Shown here piece by piece: positions 1-12,665 of a DNA stretch of 64,000 bases (its first letter is position 1; each line of letters starts with the position of its first letter). The stretch is from Malacoraja senta. Taxonomy: Eukaryota. A model generated the notes under the pieces. The model was not told where the DNA came from, ran no database searches, and saw nothing but the letters and a program-made list of their open reading frames with translations. A program made the translations under genes and the position numbers. The stretch lies in NCBI GenBank assembly GCA_038087875.1, contig CM075998.1:4652001-4716000 (forward strand), written 5' to 3'.

Positions 1-167
1 ACGGATAGGTGCTGTTTCGGGTTGGGACAATTCCTCAGACTAATAACACAGTGGAATTGAGCTTGGAAGCAGGCTTGAGTTGTGATGGATTGGTCATTGA
101 GATTATCGGGAACAGGATAGAATCAAGGGATTTATCAGGGAACTAACTGAGGAAGGAGATATGGCTG

Positions 168-505
168 TTGTGTTTAAGAAGGAACTGCAGATGCTGGAAA
201 ATCGAAGGTACACAAAAATGCTGGAGAAACTCAGCGGGTGCAGCAGCATCTATGGAGCGAAGGAAACTGTCTCCAGAAAGAGGAGGAGAACTTCTTCAAA
301 GTAGGCATACCTTGAGGAGATTTCGCAGTGGAGTAGACAAAGTGTTTAAGAAGGAACTGCAGATGCTGGAAAATCGAAGGTACACAAAAATGCTGGAGAA
401 ACTCAGCGGGTGCAGAAGAAGGGTTTAGGCCCAAAACTTTGCCTATTTCCTTCGCTCCATAGATGCTGCTGCACCCGCTGAGTTTCTCCAGCATTTTTGT
501 GTACC
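168..505. mobile_element. Penelope-derived short palindromic insertion
   Basis: Family arms in tandem and inverted orientation; 15-bp TSD AAGGAGATATGGCTG (153-167, 506-520). Confidence 0.8.
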
Positions 506-1296
506 AAGGAGATATGGCTGCTGGATGATTGGGAGTGTGGTGTATTGGTTGAGATGGTGATCTCAGTGGTAGTTGGGGGAAGACTCAAGATAGTGCTGCA
601 AAGCTGTGGTGAAGTGGAGAGAGATTTGGTGTGGAAGCAACCGCTATGTAAGGATGCTGAAAGAGAACCTGCAATAGGATCATGCACACATTGGGCCCAC
701 AATTAATCTCTTTAATAACACTGAGGTAGTCGCAACCCTCGGGTTTAGACCTGATTACGTGTATGTGGCCCACACTGTTAGTGGGTATGAAGTGCCAGCT
801 ACAATTACAAGCAAGTGATGTCGGTACCCCAGTTTGTGCCCCATTTGACATCACTGCACTTGTCCGAGGAGTCGCTGTACTTCTGCACATCAAAGGCACA
901 GAGGACCTAGAACAACATTCCAAAAGTGCACTTCACAAGTTCACAAGTTGTAGGAGTAGAATTAGGCCATTCGGCCCATCAAGTCTACTCCGCCATTCAA
1001 TCATGGCTGATCTCTGCCTCCTAATCTCTTCTTCCTACCTTCTTCCCATAACACTTGTCACCACTTCTGGCACACTAAAGTGCTCGATCACATTTAGCAA
1101 TTAAACAATCATTAAAATGCTGTTGCATAATATAGTGCAGAACACGGTCGCATGATGTGGTCACATTTGGAGGTGGCTGTTTTTCAGTGGATGCATTAAA
1201 CTGAAATTCCCCGTCTATATGGTGAACGCAGATCTCCTAAGGAACTATATTCATCCCTGAAGCACGGCTACCAAAAATAAATTAATTGATTAGTTA

Positions 1297-1479
1297 TGTT
1301 TAAGAAGGAACTGCAGATGCTGGAAAATCGAAGGTAGACAAAAATGCTGGAGAAACTCAGCGGGTGAGGCAGCATCTATGGAGCGAAGGAAATAGGCAAC
1401 GTTTCGGGATGAAACGTTGCCTATTTCCTTCGCTCCATAGATGCTGCCTCACCCGCTGAGTTTCTCCAGCATTTTTGTC
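1297..1479. mobile_element. Penelope-derived short palindromic insertion
   Basis: Inverted arms; 14-bp TSD TAATTGATTAGTTA (1283-1296, 1480-1493). Confidence 0.8.
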
Positions 1480-1749
1480 TAATTGATTAGTTACCTCATT
1501 CATGCTTTTAGGATCTCAGTGTGTACAAACTGCTTACATTGACCATGTTATTGTCATCTCACCAATTGTAAAATGACTTGGGGAGCCTTGAAAGCCACGA
1601 TAAGTGCATGTTTATTCATCTTTTATACTGTATGACAGGCAGATGAAAAAAGCAGCATCACCACCTGAACAGCCCTTTCCTCATCCTTTCCCCTGCACAT
1701 ACGCCACGGATGACTTCAATTGTATCATTCCTTGTTTTCTCCTTTATAG

Positions 1750-1885
1750 CCACCGGTACGAGGTTCATCTGAAATGGAAGCATCTGGACAGTCCTTTCCC
1801 ATTGAGTCACCACAGGATCTCTGCTCTGCAGATTATTTTGGTTCCTTTAACTCATCACCTTCAGATGATTGCCGTCTATCCATGG
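1750..1885 (+). CDS. VDR: Vitamin D receptor internal exon (start of the Ser-rich H1-H3 insertion)
   Basis: tttatag|CCA CCG GTA CGA gives PPVR, matching the VDR 'FRPPVR' junction. Open frame to G|gtatgt; phase 1 joins the next exon (G+AT=Asp). Confidence 0.85.
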
Positions 1886-2062
1886 GTATGTTATATTTCC
1901 AAATTACTGTAAAAACCTGCAGCACAGAAAAAGACCATTCAACCCAATGTGTCCATACCCATGTTTGGTGTTTCATTGGACGCTCCTGCACATTTCCTCA
2001 TCTTACTCTATCAGTACACACTTCAAATCCCTTCTCCATCACAAATCATCTAACTTCCTCTT

Positions 2063-2782
2063 TTTTTTCTTCTTTTAAAAAATATATATTTTTATTTATT
2101 AGAAGTATTGTACATTGCAGTGATATCAACCAAAAATAACATAATACATTTCTTGTACCACTTCTTATTTTAAACTTTAAAAAGAAGAGAAATAGAAAGA
2201 GTTAGATAAGATAGTGAGTGCGTGAAAGAGTGGTCCAGGGAAACCCGTAGGAACGTAAACCACGAGAAAGAGTTAAAAAGAAAACCAAAGAAAAAGAAAG
2301 AGAAAAATAGAGAACAGAAGAAAGTAAAATAAGATAAGATAAAAGGGATGTACCTACTTCATATCTTTATAATAATAATAATAATAATAATACATTTTAT
2401 TTATGGGCGCCTTTCACAAAGTCTCAAGGACACCTTACAAAGTTTAACAAATAGTGTAGAAACATGTAAGCGGAATGAAATAAATAGCAAAGACATCACC
2501 AGTACACAAATTAAAGAGAGAATTCAATCCAAAAACAAAAATCAAAAACACAATATGGAAGAGAGAGCAGCGGCTGCTAAAGCGCGCCAGCGTCCACTCT
2601 CCCTTCCGACCGCCATCTTGGACATAGACTAACATAGACTAACATAACATATTACATACAAAATCATCCCCCCACAATGATTACCACTGTGGGGGAAGGC
2701 ACAATGTCCAGTTCCCAACCCCAGTTCACCCCCTCACACCCCTCACCAGGTCCTGAAACCTTATTTCTACCCATAAACTGTC
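2063..2782 (-). mobile_element. A-tailed retro-insertion containing a nested L2-tailed element (~2367-2730)
   Basis: 13-bp TSD CTAACTTCCTCTT (2050-2062, 2783-2795); T-run at the left end; internal (TAA)n plus L2-like tail. Confidence 0.6.
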
Positions 2783-3146
2783 CTAACTTCCTCTTGAATG
2801 TTGTTTTCCTTACTATTCTTTGTGATAGTGAGTTCCACCTCCTAACTAGACATTAGGGAAAGATATTTCTCCTGGTTCCCAATTTGAATTTATTGAGTGA
2901 TTTATGATAGTGACTTAGATTTATGATCTGCAAGTGGAAACATATCTGCATCTGCCCCATCAAGATACTTCATAATCTTGAAGACCTCAGTCTTCACAAT
3001 AGAAAAGATGATCGCACCAGGATATTGAATTTCACCAGTTTTTTTTTTTGGTGTGTCAAATTGTCCTGGGTTCCCATAAAATATTGCAATGATTGATGAA
3101 AGACATTTGAAACTGCATTATGATGGTTTGTAACCTGCTAAAGCAG

Positions 3147-3346
3147 TTCAAGAAGGAATTGCAGATGCTGGAAAATCGAAGGTAGACAAAATTGCTGGAG
3201 AAACTCAGCGGGTGCGGCAGCATCTATGGAGCGAAGGAAATAGGCAACGTTTCGGTCTGAAGAAGGGTTTCGGGCCAAAACGTTGCCTATTTCCTTCGCT
3301 CCATAGATGCTGCCTCACCTGCTGAGTTTCTCCAGCAATTTTGTCT
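3147..3346. mobile_element. Penelope-derived short palindromic insertion
   Basis: Inverted arms around CTGAAGAAGGGTTTCGGGCCAAAACGTT; 14-bp TSD ACCTGCTAAAGCAG. Confidence 0.8.
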
Positions 3347-4202
3347 ACCTGCTAAAGCAGGATGGCACACTTCACGTGGCAACCAGACTTGAGGAACAAA
3401 CATTGGCTGCCGTGGAGGAGAGAATAAAAACAAAGTGATCAACTGGTAATGCTGCCATGTAGGACTACATATGTGCTAAGCAGCAAAAACTTCATGCAAT
3501 ACAAGTGCCACCCCATGACCCCCCACACCCAACAGATCAGATCAAATCTCTGCAAGCCTGCGTAATCCAGTCATAATCCAGTAACCAGCACCACTGTCTC
3601 TTTAAGAACACTGGTTGCTCATTATACTGCAGGAAGTCATGGACATTGATAAGCAATTGCTGGAGTAACAAGCGGGTCAAGCAGCATCTTTGGAGAACAT
3701 GGATGGATGCCGTTTCAGGTCAGGACCTTTCTGAATCAGTCTGAAGAAGCGTTCCGACCCAAAAGTTCACCTATCCATGTTCTCCACAGATGCTGCTTGA
3801 CCCGCTGAGTTACTCCACCACTACTCCACAACACTCCAAGCGATCGACACTTGTGCAATGATTATTAAACAATGTTACAAACGGCCTTTAGTATTTTTAG
3901 CTTGCAGTAACAAAAACAGTGCCTTGACCCAAAACATGGACTATCCCTTTGCCTACATGGATGCAGTCTGACCTACCGAGATTCTCCAGCAACTTGTTTT
4001 TGCTCCAGATTCCGGCACCTGCAACCTCTTGTCTCCAGAACATTTTCTTTATTTCTCTGAAGTTATTTATGTACAAATAACATGTCAATATGGTGGACTC
4101 TGTTTTTATAAGCAAACTGTTAATTGTCGTTTCAAATAGATATCAAGGGGTTGTAGTGGATTTGCAAGGATAATAATCATATTGCATTTTGCTTTTTAAC
4201 AG

Positions 4203-4374
4203 ATATGTCTCGGATAGCAAAATCACAATTCTCCAGCTTTTTGGGGATACCCCAGGATGACAGTGGAAATTCCAAGGAGGATTCAGCTCTCTCCATGCTA
4301 CCTCACCTGGCTGACCTTGTCAGTTACAGCATACAGAAAGTCATCGGCTTTGCAAAGGCCATTCCCGGATTCAG
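4203..4374 (+). CDS. VDR: Vitamin D receptor exon (helix 3)
   Basis: aacag|AT ... encodes [29 protein letters not shown], near-identical to VDR. Ends AG|gtatat; 172 nt. Confidence 0.97.
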
Positions 4375-4461
4375 GTATATATTTTTTGTTTAATTCTAGG
4401 AAGTTCTGTGTGATTATTGCGTGTGAATGTGAAGGAATCGGGGTCGCTTGCTATCTCCAAT

Positions 4462-4690
4462 TTAAAAAAGACACAAAGTGCTGGAGTAACTCAGCGGGTC
4501 AGGCAGCATCTCTGGAGAACGTGGATAGGTGACATTTTGGTTCGGGACCCTTCTTCAGACTGATTGAGAAGGGTCCCGACCTCAAACGACGCCTATTCGT
4601 GTTCTCCAGAGATGCTGCTTGACCCGCTTGCGTTACTCCAGCACTTTGTATCCTTTTGCGTAGACAAGCATCTGCAGTTCCTTGTTTCTA
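4462..4690. mobile_element. Penelope-derived short palindromic insertion
   Basis: Inverted arms; 12-bp TSD GCTATCTCCAAT (4450-4461, 4691-4702). Confidence 0.78.
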
Positions 4691-6735
4691 GCTATCTCCA
4701 ATGTCTAGTTAAGAATGTTTGTTGTTTGCCATCCTGGACCAAACAAAACATCCATGCCTCTAACCCAGAAAAAATAGCAGCAAAATACATATGGTAGAAA
4801 TTAGTTTCTGCAGGTCAAAAGAAAAACTATACTGTATTATTTTTAATCGGATTTAGTGGAGCAATTTTGCATGCATTTCTAGAAATCTTGTTGCCCATTG
4901 GGATATTCATTCATATTAATTTTGAAGCGGGATTATCATGCTCCCTGACACTTTTTTTTCTGGTCAATATCCCCCCTCCCTAAAATTATATCATAAATAG
5001 TGCAACATGCAAAATATGCCTGCAGTGAAATTTTCAACCAAATTGGCCAGGACAATATTGACTTGCAGCACAACCATTTGTCACTAACTTTTCCCCTGAA
5101 ATTATTTAAAGAACCCACGCTCTGAGATTTGTGGCCTCCTGCAACCTCACGCATTGACTACTTTGTCCAAGCAGATTAGGGTCATGGTCACGCTCAGCCT
5201 ATTGGAACCATTCCAATGTCCTGCTGCAGCTCTCTACCATATCTCACTGTTTGCTGCATTGAAGAGGTCACTCAAACTCCACACTCAAGGAGAGGAGACT
5301 TCATCCACTCTCTCTCCAGCCTTCAGGAACAGATAGAGAGGGCACATCTTGCCTGTGTTGCAGTCTTCCCAAATTATAGGTGTCCATGGAAGATAAGTAA
5401 TCTTCAGAGACCTTCCTCACAACCTTCTGCCAGGATCACCTGGCTGTAGCCCTTTAGATTATCCATGGCCTCCTTACACAAAGAACATGCCTCCTAAGTG
5501 TTCTGTTCTTCACCAGCCTGTCCAGATCGCTCAGACTGCCCCTCTGGGAGCACTCTCGGACCCATCTATTCAGCAGTGACACTCCCCTGTAGCTGGAAGA
5601 ATGCATCATGTGTTGTGGCAAAGATCACATTGCTGGGAACTGCAAGAACTTGCAACAGGGCACACCGGACTGAAACAGAAAATGACAATGTCGGCACAGC
5701 CTTACGCTGGGAAAGCTGACCGTGCTATTCTGTGAAGTTCACAATTCAAGATCTGCCTCTTTATGTGACTTTCACAAGCAGCGTTGGAGTGACACACAAC
5801 ACCATTCTCAATGCCCAGAAATGGCATGGAGCAATTTCTAGCTCACATTCTCCCCTCTCAGAAATCCTATATTCGGCCAGTATATTAACAAGAGCCATGC
5901 ATTTTATGACAAATACAAACCACCTGAGCATAGCTTATTTGGCATAATGTTTGGCACAGGCAATGTGGGCCGAAGGGCCTGTTCCTGTGCTGTACTGTAC
6001 TGTTCTATGTTAACATCAACTGAAACTTGCTGTATTCAGTATTTGTTTCCATTAAATACTAGATCAGGTTTTCCCCATGGTAGTTTGCATGCTAATTCAT
6101 GCTGCTAAATTTGTCTACTTTGTTTGGGAGATCGGAGAGGTTTGTAGTAAAAGAATTGCTTTTATAAAATAAATTATGATCCAGATTGGGGAAAAGCAGT
6201 GCAACTCAAGTCATGTAAATTTCCTTTGTACATTTAAGATACTTTTCTGCATGATTATATTCTAGAGCAGACCACACTAGATTTGGTAATGAGCCCAGAT
6301 AGAGTTAATAATTTAGCATTTATTCATCAGTGATTTTAGTTTGTAACAGACAACATAACACACTTGCATGCAACAAAAAGTGTGAGAAAATACACAGCTG
6401 ATCGAGGCAACGTCTTTGGATCTAATGTTTTGGGCTGACATCATTAGTTACTCGTATTCTAGATGTTTGTGTGGGGTTTTTAAGAGACAAAGCAGCTAGT
6501 GAAAGCAAACTATGAAACTACGATACCATATGATGGAACTTCATTGATCCACAGTCATAAAACACAACACGATACAGGAAACACGAGTAGAAAATTCAGG
6601 ATTGGGGATGTGAAAAGGTGGGGGGGATGGGGGAAGGGGAGTCAATCTACCCCACGACAGAAGGGGAGGAGTTGTATATAAGTGAACTGTGTGAATTTAG
6701 CAACCCCTGAGCCCTTCCAACACTCCAAGGCACAG

Positions 6736-7067
6736 CCTGTAGGAAGGAAGTGCAGATGCTGGTTTAAGCCAAAGATAGACACAAAATGCTGGAGTAACTC
6801 AGCGGGACAGACAGCGTCTCTGGAGAGAAGGAATGGGTGACGTTTCGGGTCGAGACCCTTTTTCAGAAGGAACTTGAAGAAGGAACTTCTTCAAAGGAAC
6901 TGCAGATGCTGGTTTAAGCCGAAGATAGACACAAAATGCTGGAGTATGACAGCGGGACAGGCAGCATTCTCTGGAGAGAAGAAATGGGCGACATTTCGGG
7001 TCTCGACCCGAGACCCGAAACGTCACCCATTCCTTCTCTCCAGAGATGCTGCCTGTCCCGATGTCAT
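6736..7067. mobile_element. Penelope-derived insertion (partial tandem plus inverted arm)
   Basis: 14-bp TSD ACTCCAAGGCACAG (6722-6735, 7068-7081). Confidence 0.78.
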
Positions 7068-8274
7068 ACTCCAAGGCACAGGTTGGCTTCCTTATGCAAA
7101 CAGACAATTACAAAAACTACATTTAGATCATTTTTCCATTGGAAAAAGTTGGTTGTTATATTTTTAGCATCAGAAATTTGACCAGTAAAAAATAAAGTCT
7201 AACATACCACAATAAAACATCCATGGTTGCCAAGAGGTGAGAGAGAACGAACAACCAAGCTGCAGTGTAAATACAGGGGATGTGGGTGCTACTGGTATGG
7301 CCAACATTCATTGCCAATTTTATTAAAGAAACGGTAAAAGCAAGTATTGAGATACTGAAAACCACAATACCTATGTGATAATCTCATTACCCTTTTACAT
7401 ATAAAGTATAGTTTTTCTCGAACAACTCGAGGTTGTTTTTCTTTCGTCGTTGTTGTGTTGCGCTATATTCATGTATAATCCTGTTAGATTGGCTTATGTC
7501 AGTGTCTGAAAGTGTAACGCCCAACAAAACACAGCAATGTTCAATGTACATCATTCGCAAGCTAGCTGAGGAAGAATTGTGGCGAGTTAGTTTCAGTGGA
7601 GTTGGGAGGCAGCATCATTACTCCTAGTTTCCTGGTTCAACTTTGCGTTCAAGCAATTAACCATGTGGGAGAAATTGGACAGTGATACATTAAGCGGACA
7701 GGTCAAGCAACCAGTGAGCCCATCCACCACGCCAAGGCACAGGTTGGCTTCCTTTATGAGAACAGGCAATTACAAGAAAAAATAATTGTAGATCATTTTT
7801 CCATTGGAAAAATTGGTTGTTATTTTTTTTAGCACTCGAGGTTTCACTGTGTTAGTGTCAATAGTTGACAGATTTCAATGAAACGATGAGGCCCTTTTTG
7901 GGGGTCCAGTGAATGCACTATAGCAAGTTAATATTAAACAGATGCATCTATATGGATGTTTGAAAGGTTGCTTGAATGTGCTGTGCAGCTGAAAGGCTTT
8001 CATAAACCAGTGGATTCCCGGTGGTATCTTTTAGCTAATGGTGAGCCAATAAACATAGATAATATTCATGTCAAATTCCTAATAGCTGATCTAGGGGAAC
8101 TGATCTAGCTCATCTTGTAGCTCCCCTTGAGAAGTTGGGGAAATGGATCCTTTTTTGAGACGCTGCTATCTTGATCTTTCTAAACCACTATCGACAAAAA
8201 GAGGCGGAAGACTATTGGTAGAATCTTAATGACAAGTGGCTCTTGAAAGTATTTCTACGGTTGATATGCCAAGG

Positions 8275-8570
8275 GGTGGCATGGTGGTGCAGTGGTAGAG
8301 TTGCTGCCTTACAGCACCAGAGACCCTGGTTCGATCCTGACTTTGGGTGCTGTCTGTATGGTGTTTGTATGTGCTCCCTGTGACCTGCGTGGGTTTTCTC
8401 CAGGATCTCTGGTTTCCTCCCACACCCCAAAGACGTACAGGTTTGTAGGTTAATTGGCTTGGTAAAATTCTAAATTGTCCCTGGTGTGTGCAGGATAGTG
8501 TTAATATGCGGGGATCGCTGGTCGGCGCGGACTCGGTGAGTCGAAGGGCCTGTTTCTAAACTAAACTAAG
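8275..8570 (+). mobile_element. tRNA-derived V-SINE (HE1-like)
   Basis: A box TGGTGCAGTGG, B box GGTTCGATCC, V-domain-like CTGCGTGGGTTTTCTCC...GGTTTCCTCCCAC, CR1-type tail with (TAAAC)n. Confidence 0.85.
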
Positions 8571-9056
8571 ATCTATTGCTTTGGAGGACAATGAAGTATA
8601 TAGAAGGTTCTATTTCATTCTTCTGGGAACGTGAAGGGTAGATCGTTGCTTAATGCAAATTAATATAATTCCCAATAAAGCCCTGTGGCTGGGGAATTTT
8701 TAAATTTTGTTTTATGGTGTGTGCGACAAGGCATTCAATAACTTTTTTCAAACAGTCCTCGAGAAGCTGGTGGTGAACCACCTTGTTGAACTGCTGCAGC
8801 CCATCTGAACTTCCATGTTAGGTAGAGATTCTAGAGTTTAGCCTCAGTGACAATGAAGGGATGGCGAGATATTTCAAGTCAGGATGGCATGCGGCTTGGA
8901 AGAGAGCCACAGTCGGTGCTGTTTTCATATACCTGAAACCCTCGACGTGGTGATGGGGGTCGATTTGTGAGCTATTAACAGAGGAAATGCAGTGTGTTTT
9001 ATAAATGGTTCGCACTACAGCCACTCTGCACTGCTGACCAAGGGAGTGAATGGTTA

Positions 9057-9387
9057 AAGCCCTGTCCCACTGTACGAGTTCATTCAAGAGTTCTCGCCGA
9101 GTTTGCCCTGATTCGAACTCGGAGATTTACGGTAATGGCCGCTCGTCGGTACTCGGGGCTCTCGTGGACATTTTTCAACATGTTGAAAAATCTTCACGAG
9201 TCTTCCCGAGCTTACCTGCCGTTAGCGAGTCTTCCCGAGTACCTGCCGTTAGCGTTACGAGCCGCTAAGAGACGTCCCCGAGCTCCGACGTACCCGCTAC
9301 GTTCATTCTACGTGCTTACCACGAGTTTGATTTTTTTTTTTAACTCGGGAGAGCTCTTGAATGAACTCGGACAGTGGGACAGGGCCA
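9057..9387. mobile_element. PIF/Harbinger-type MITE
   Basis: ~38-bp TIR GCCCTGTCCCACTGT(A/C)CGAGTTCATTCAAGAG; TTA/TGA flanks; non-coding. Confidence 0.75.
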
Positions 9388-9761
9388 TGAAGGTGGTGGA
9401 TGAAGTGCCTGTCAAGTGGACTACTTTGTCCTGTATGTTGAGCTGCTCAAGAATTGTTGGAGCTGTACTTATCCAGGCAGGGGGAGAGCATTCCATCATG
9501 CTTCCGGCTTATGCCATGTAGATGGTGGGAAGGCTTTGAGGTGTCTGAAGGCAAGTCACTCACTCCGATACCCAGCCTCTGACCTGTGCTTTCACCCTCA
9601 GACTTAATACAACTCATTAAACATGATTGTTGCAGTCGCACCTCCTCGGATGTTGATGGGGGAGGATCAGTGACGGTAAAGCTGTGGAATGTGAAGGGTG
9701 CATGCTAAACACTCTATGGTAAAATTTCTCTCTGGTAAACTCTCTGGTCTTTGCCTTGTAA

Positions 9762-10081
9762 AGGGCCTGTCCCACTTACGCAATTTTTTTCGGCGACTGC
9801 CGGCACCCGTCATAGCCGCTCGCAGGTTGCCGAAAATTTTCAAAATGTTGAAAATCCAGCGGCGACCAGAAAAAGGTATGACTCTTTGGGCGACTACTCA
9901 CGACCAAACAGGCGGCATGTCACGGGGTGACGCCTGTATGGTCGTGAGCAGTCACCCAAAAAGTCGTACCTTTTTCTGGTCGCCGCTGGATTTTCAACAT
10001 TTTTTAAATTTTCAGCGACCTGCTGCAACTATGACGGGTGCCGGCAGTCACCGAAAAAGTCGCGTAAGTGGGACAGGCCCT
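9762..10081. mobile_element. PIF/Harbinger-type MITE
   Basis: TIR AGGGCCTGTCCCACTTACGC..., extensively palindromic interior, TAA TSD on both sides. Confidence 0.85.
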
Positions 10082-10099
10082 TAAATGTATCGTGTGAAT

Positions 10100-10403
10100 G
10101 TTTAGTTTAGTGATACAGTGCGGAAACAGGCCCTTCGGCCCACCAAATTCGCACCGACCAGCGATCCCCGCACATTGACACGACCCTGCACACACTAGAG
10201 ACAATTTCACATTCATACCAAGCCAATTAACGTGCAAACCTGTGTGTCTGACGTTTGGGAGGAAACCGAAGATCTCGAAGAAAACCCACGTTCGTCACAG
10301 AGAGAAAGTACAAACTCTGTACAGACAGCACCCATACTCAGGATAGAACCCGGGTCTTTTGCGCTGTGAGGCAGTAGTTCTACCACTGCGCACCCTGTGC
10401 CAC
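10100..10403 (-). mobile_element. tRNA-derived V-SINE (HE1-like)
   Basis: Reverse-complement copy of the same family. Confidence 0.8.
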
Positions 10404-11477
10404 TCACTTGTTGCCACTTATCAACTCATCCCTGAACGTTGTCTGGGTCTTGCTGCAGAGAGACACGGGCTGCTGCATTTACTAAGGAGTTGCAAATAGA
10501 ATTGCAACCATCTTCCTTTGCGTGAGGTATAACTCTGACCATTGGAGTGTTTTCCCCTTGATACCCATTGACCAGTTTTACCAGAGCCACATTGGGTCAA
10601 ATGTCACCTCTGGAATTCATCTCTTTGCTCCATTTGTGGACCCAAGGCTATGATGGAATTCTGAGGCTGAGCAGTTTTGACAAAGCCCAATCTGCACATT
10701 GGTGAGCAGATTATTGATGAGTGAATGCCACCTGATAGCAATGTCAATGACAATCAACTGATTGGGTAGTGGATCAACCAGATTGGATTTGCCCTGCTTT
10801 TTGTAAATAATGACATAACCTGGGCAAATTTCCACATTGTGGGATAGTTGATAATGTTCTAACTCTACTGAAACGGGTTAATCAGAAACGCATCTAGCTA
10901 TGGAGCACAAACCACTGAAGCGAGGAAGTTGTGCGGTGTCCAATGCTCTTATTCATTTCTTAATATAATGTGGAGAGAATCAAATTGACTGGAGACTGGT
11001 TTGTGCAGTGGTAGGAATCTTGGAAGGAAGTTTGAGAAGGATCATTCACTCAGTATTTCTGGCTGAACATAGCTGTAAATGCCTTGTCTTCAGTACTCCC
11101 TTGCCAAGCCCTGACATCATTGAAAATGGGGATATTCTTTGAGCTGTTAAATTGTCCACCATCATTTACTCCTGGGTGTGGAGGAACTGCAGAACATTAA
11201 TCTGACTCATTGGTTGTGGGGTTATCTTTGTGCATAACATGCTGTTTATAATGTATAGCTTGCACACAGTCTGATAATTTTGCCAGACTGCTACTTCATT
11301 TTTAAATGCTCTTGGTGCTGCTCCCAGCATGTTCTTCCAAACTGCTAATTGAACCAAGGTTGATCGCTTGGCTTGATTGTAATGGCAGAGTGAGGGTTGT
11401 GCTGGGACATAGTTACAGACTGTAGAGACATTGCTGCTGCTGATGATGATCCATGGTGCCTCATAGATTAAAAAAAC

Positions 11478-12665
11478 CCACAGAGTTCTGGAGTAACTCA
11501 GTGGGTTAGGCAGCATCTGTGGAGAACATGGATAGGTAACGCTTCGGGTCAAGACCCTTCTTCAGACAGATTGGGGAGGGAAGAAAGCTGGAAGCTGGGG
11601 TGAAAGGTGAGGACCAGAGGAACTCTATCCTTGTTCCGACTGGGGAGAGCGAGAGCAGAACTATGGGGCACAGGAGACACGGGTGAGGGATCAATCTACG
11701 ACAGCAGGGGAGGAAAAACATGTTTACTGAAGAAAGAGGACATCGTCTTTGCAAAGAGGACATTGGGATAGCGTTTTTGCAAGAGGCAGGGTTGGAGAAA
11801 GTGTAGTCCAGATAAGTGTAGGATTACAGTAGGTTTAAAGTAGATGTCAGTCAATAGTCTGTCCCCTATGAGACAGGGAGATCAAGGAAGGGTAGAGAGG
11901 TGTCAGAGAGAGTCCAGGTGAATTTAATGGCAGTGTGGAAGTTAGTGGTAAAGTTAATGAAATCAACAAGTTCTGCACAGGTGCAGGAGGCAGCCCCGAT
12001 GCAGTCGTCGATGTAGCAGAGAAAGAGTTGGGGGATGGTGCCATTGTATGTTTGGAACAAGGACAATTTGATGTAAATATGCTACACCTTTAACTTGAGG
12101 AAAGTGAGAGGAGTCAAACTTGAGGAAAGTGAGAGGAGTCAAAGGAGAAGTTGTTGTCGTTGCGTGAGGACAAGTTCCGACAGGCAGAGTTGTGTGTTAG
12201 TAGAGGGAAATTGATTGGGTCTCTATGCAAGGAATAACCGGAGGGTCCTGAGACCTTCCTAGTGGGGGGTGGAGATGTAAAGAGACTGGATGTCCGTGGT
12301 GAAGATGAGGCAATGGAGGCCTGGAAACTGAAAGTTGTTTAAGGTAAGGTGTCTCGGATGTAGATTGTAACCAACTGGACAAGTGGGGATAGAATGGAAT
12401 CAAGGTACGTGGAGATGAGTTCAGTGGGGCAGGAGCAGGCAGAAACAATGGGTCTGCCACGGTAGTCCTGTTTTGGGATTTTCAGGATGAGGTAGAAGCG
12501 GGTAGTGTGGGATTGCGGGACAATAAAGTTGAAGGCTATGGAGCGGAGATCGCAGAGGTGATGAGATCTGAAACGATCTGGGAGATGATGACCTGGTGTT
12601 CGACTGTGGGGTCACAGTCAAGGGGTAGATATGAGGACGTGTCCAAGAGCTGGCGCCTGGCCTTA
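11478..12665 (-). mobile_element. Penelope-like element remnant (RT fragments plus 3' pseudo-LTR)
   Basis: Minus-strand peptides RPIVSACSCPTELISTYLDSILSPLVQ, DIQSLYIS, YIDDCIG...IKFTWTLSDTSLPFLD and RVPLVLTFHP, followed by CTGAAGAAGGGTCTTGACCCGAAGCGTTA. Confidence 0.85.

Noticed and set aside
3361..3420. Another TTCACGT (CPEB3-type L3) motif
   Set aside because: The flanks do not form P3, P2 or P1, and no CGAA junction follows.
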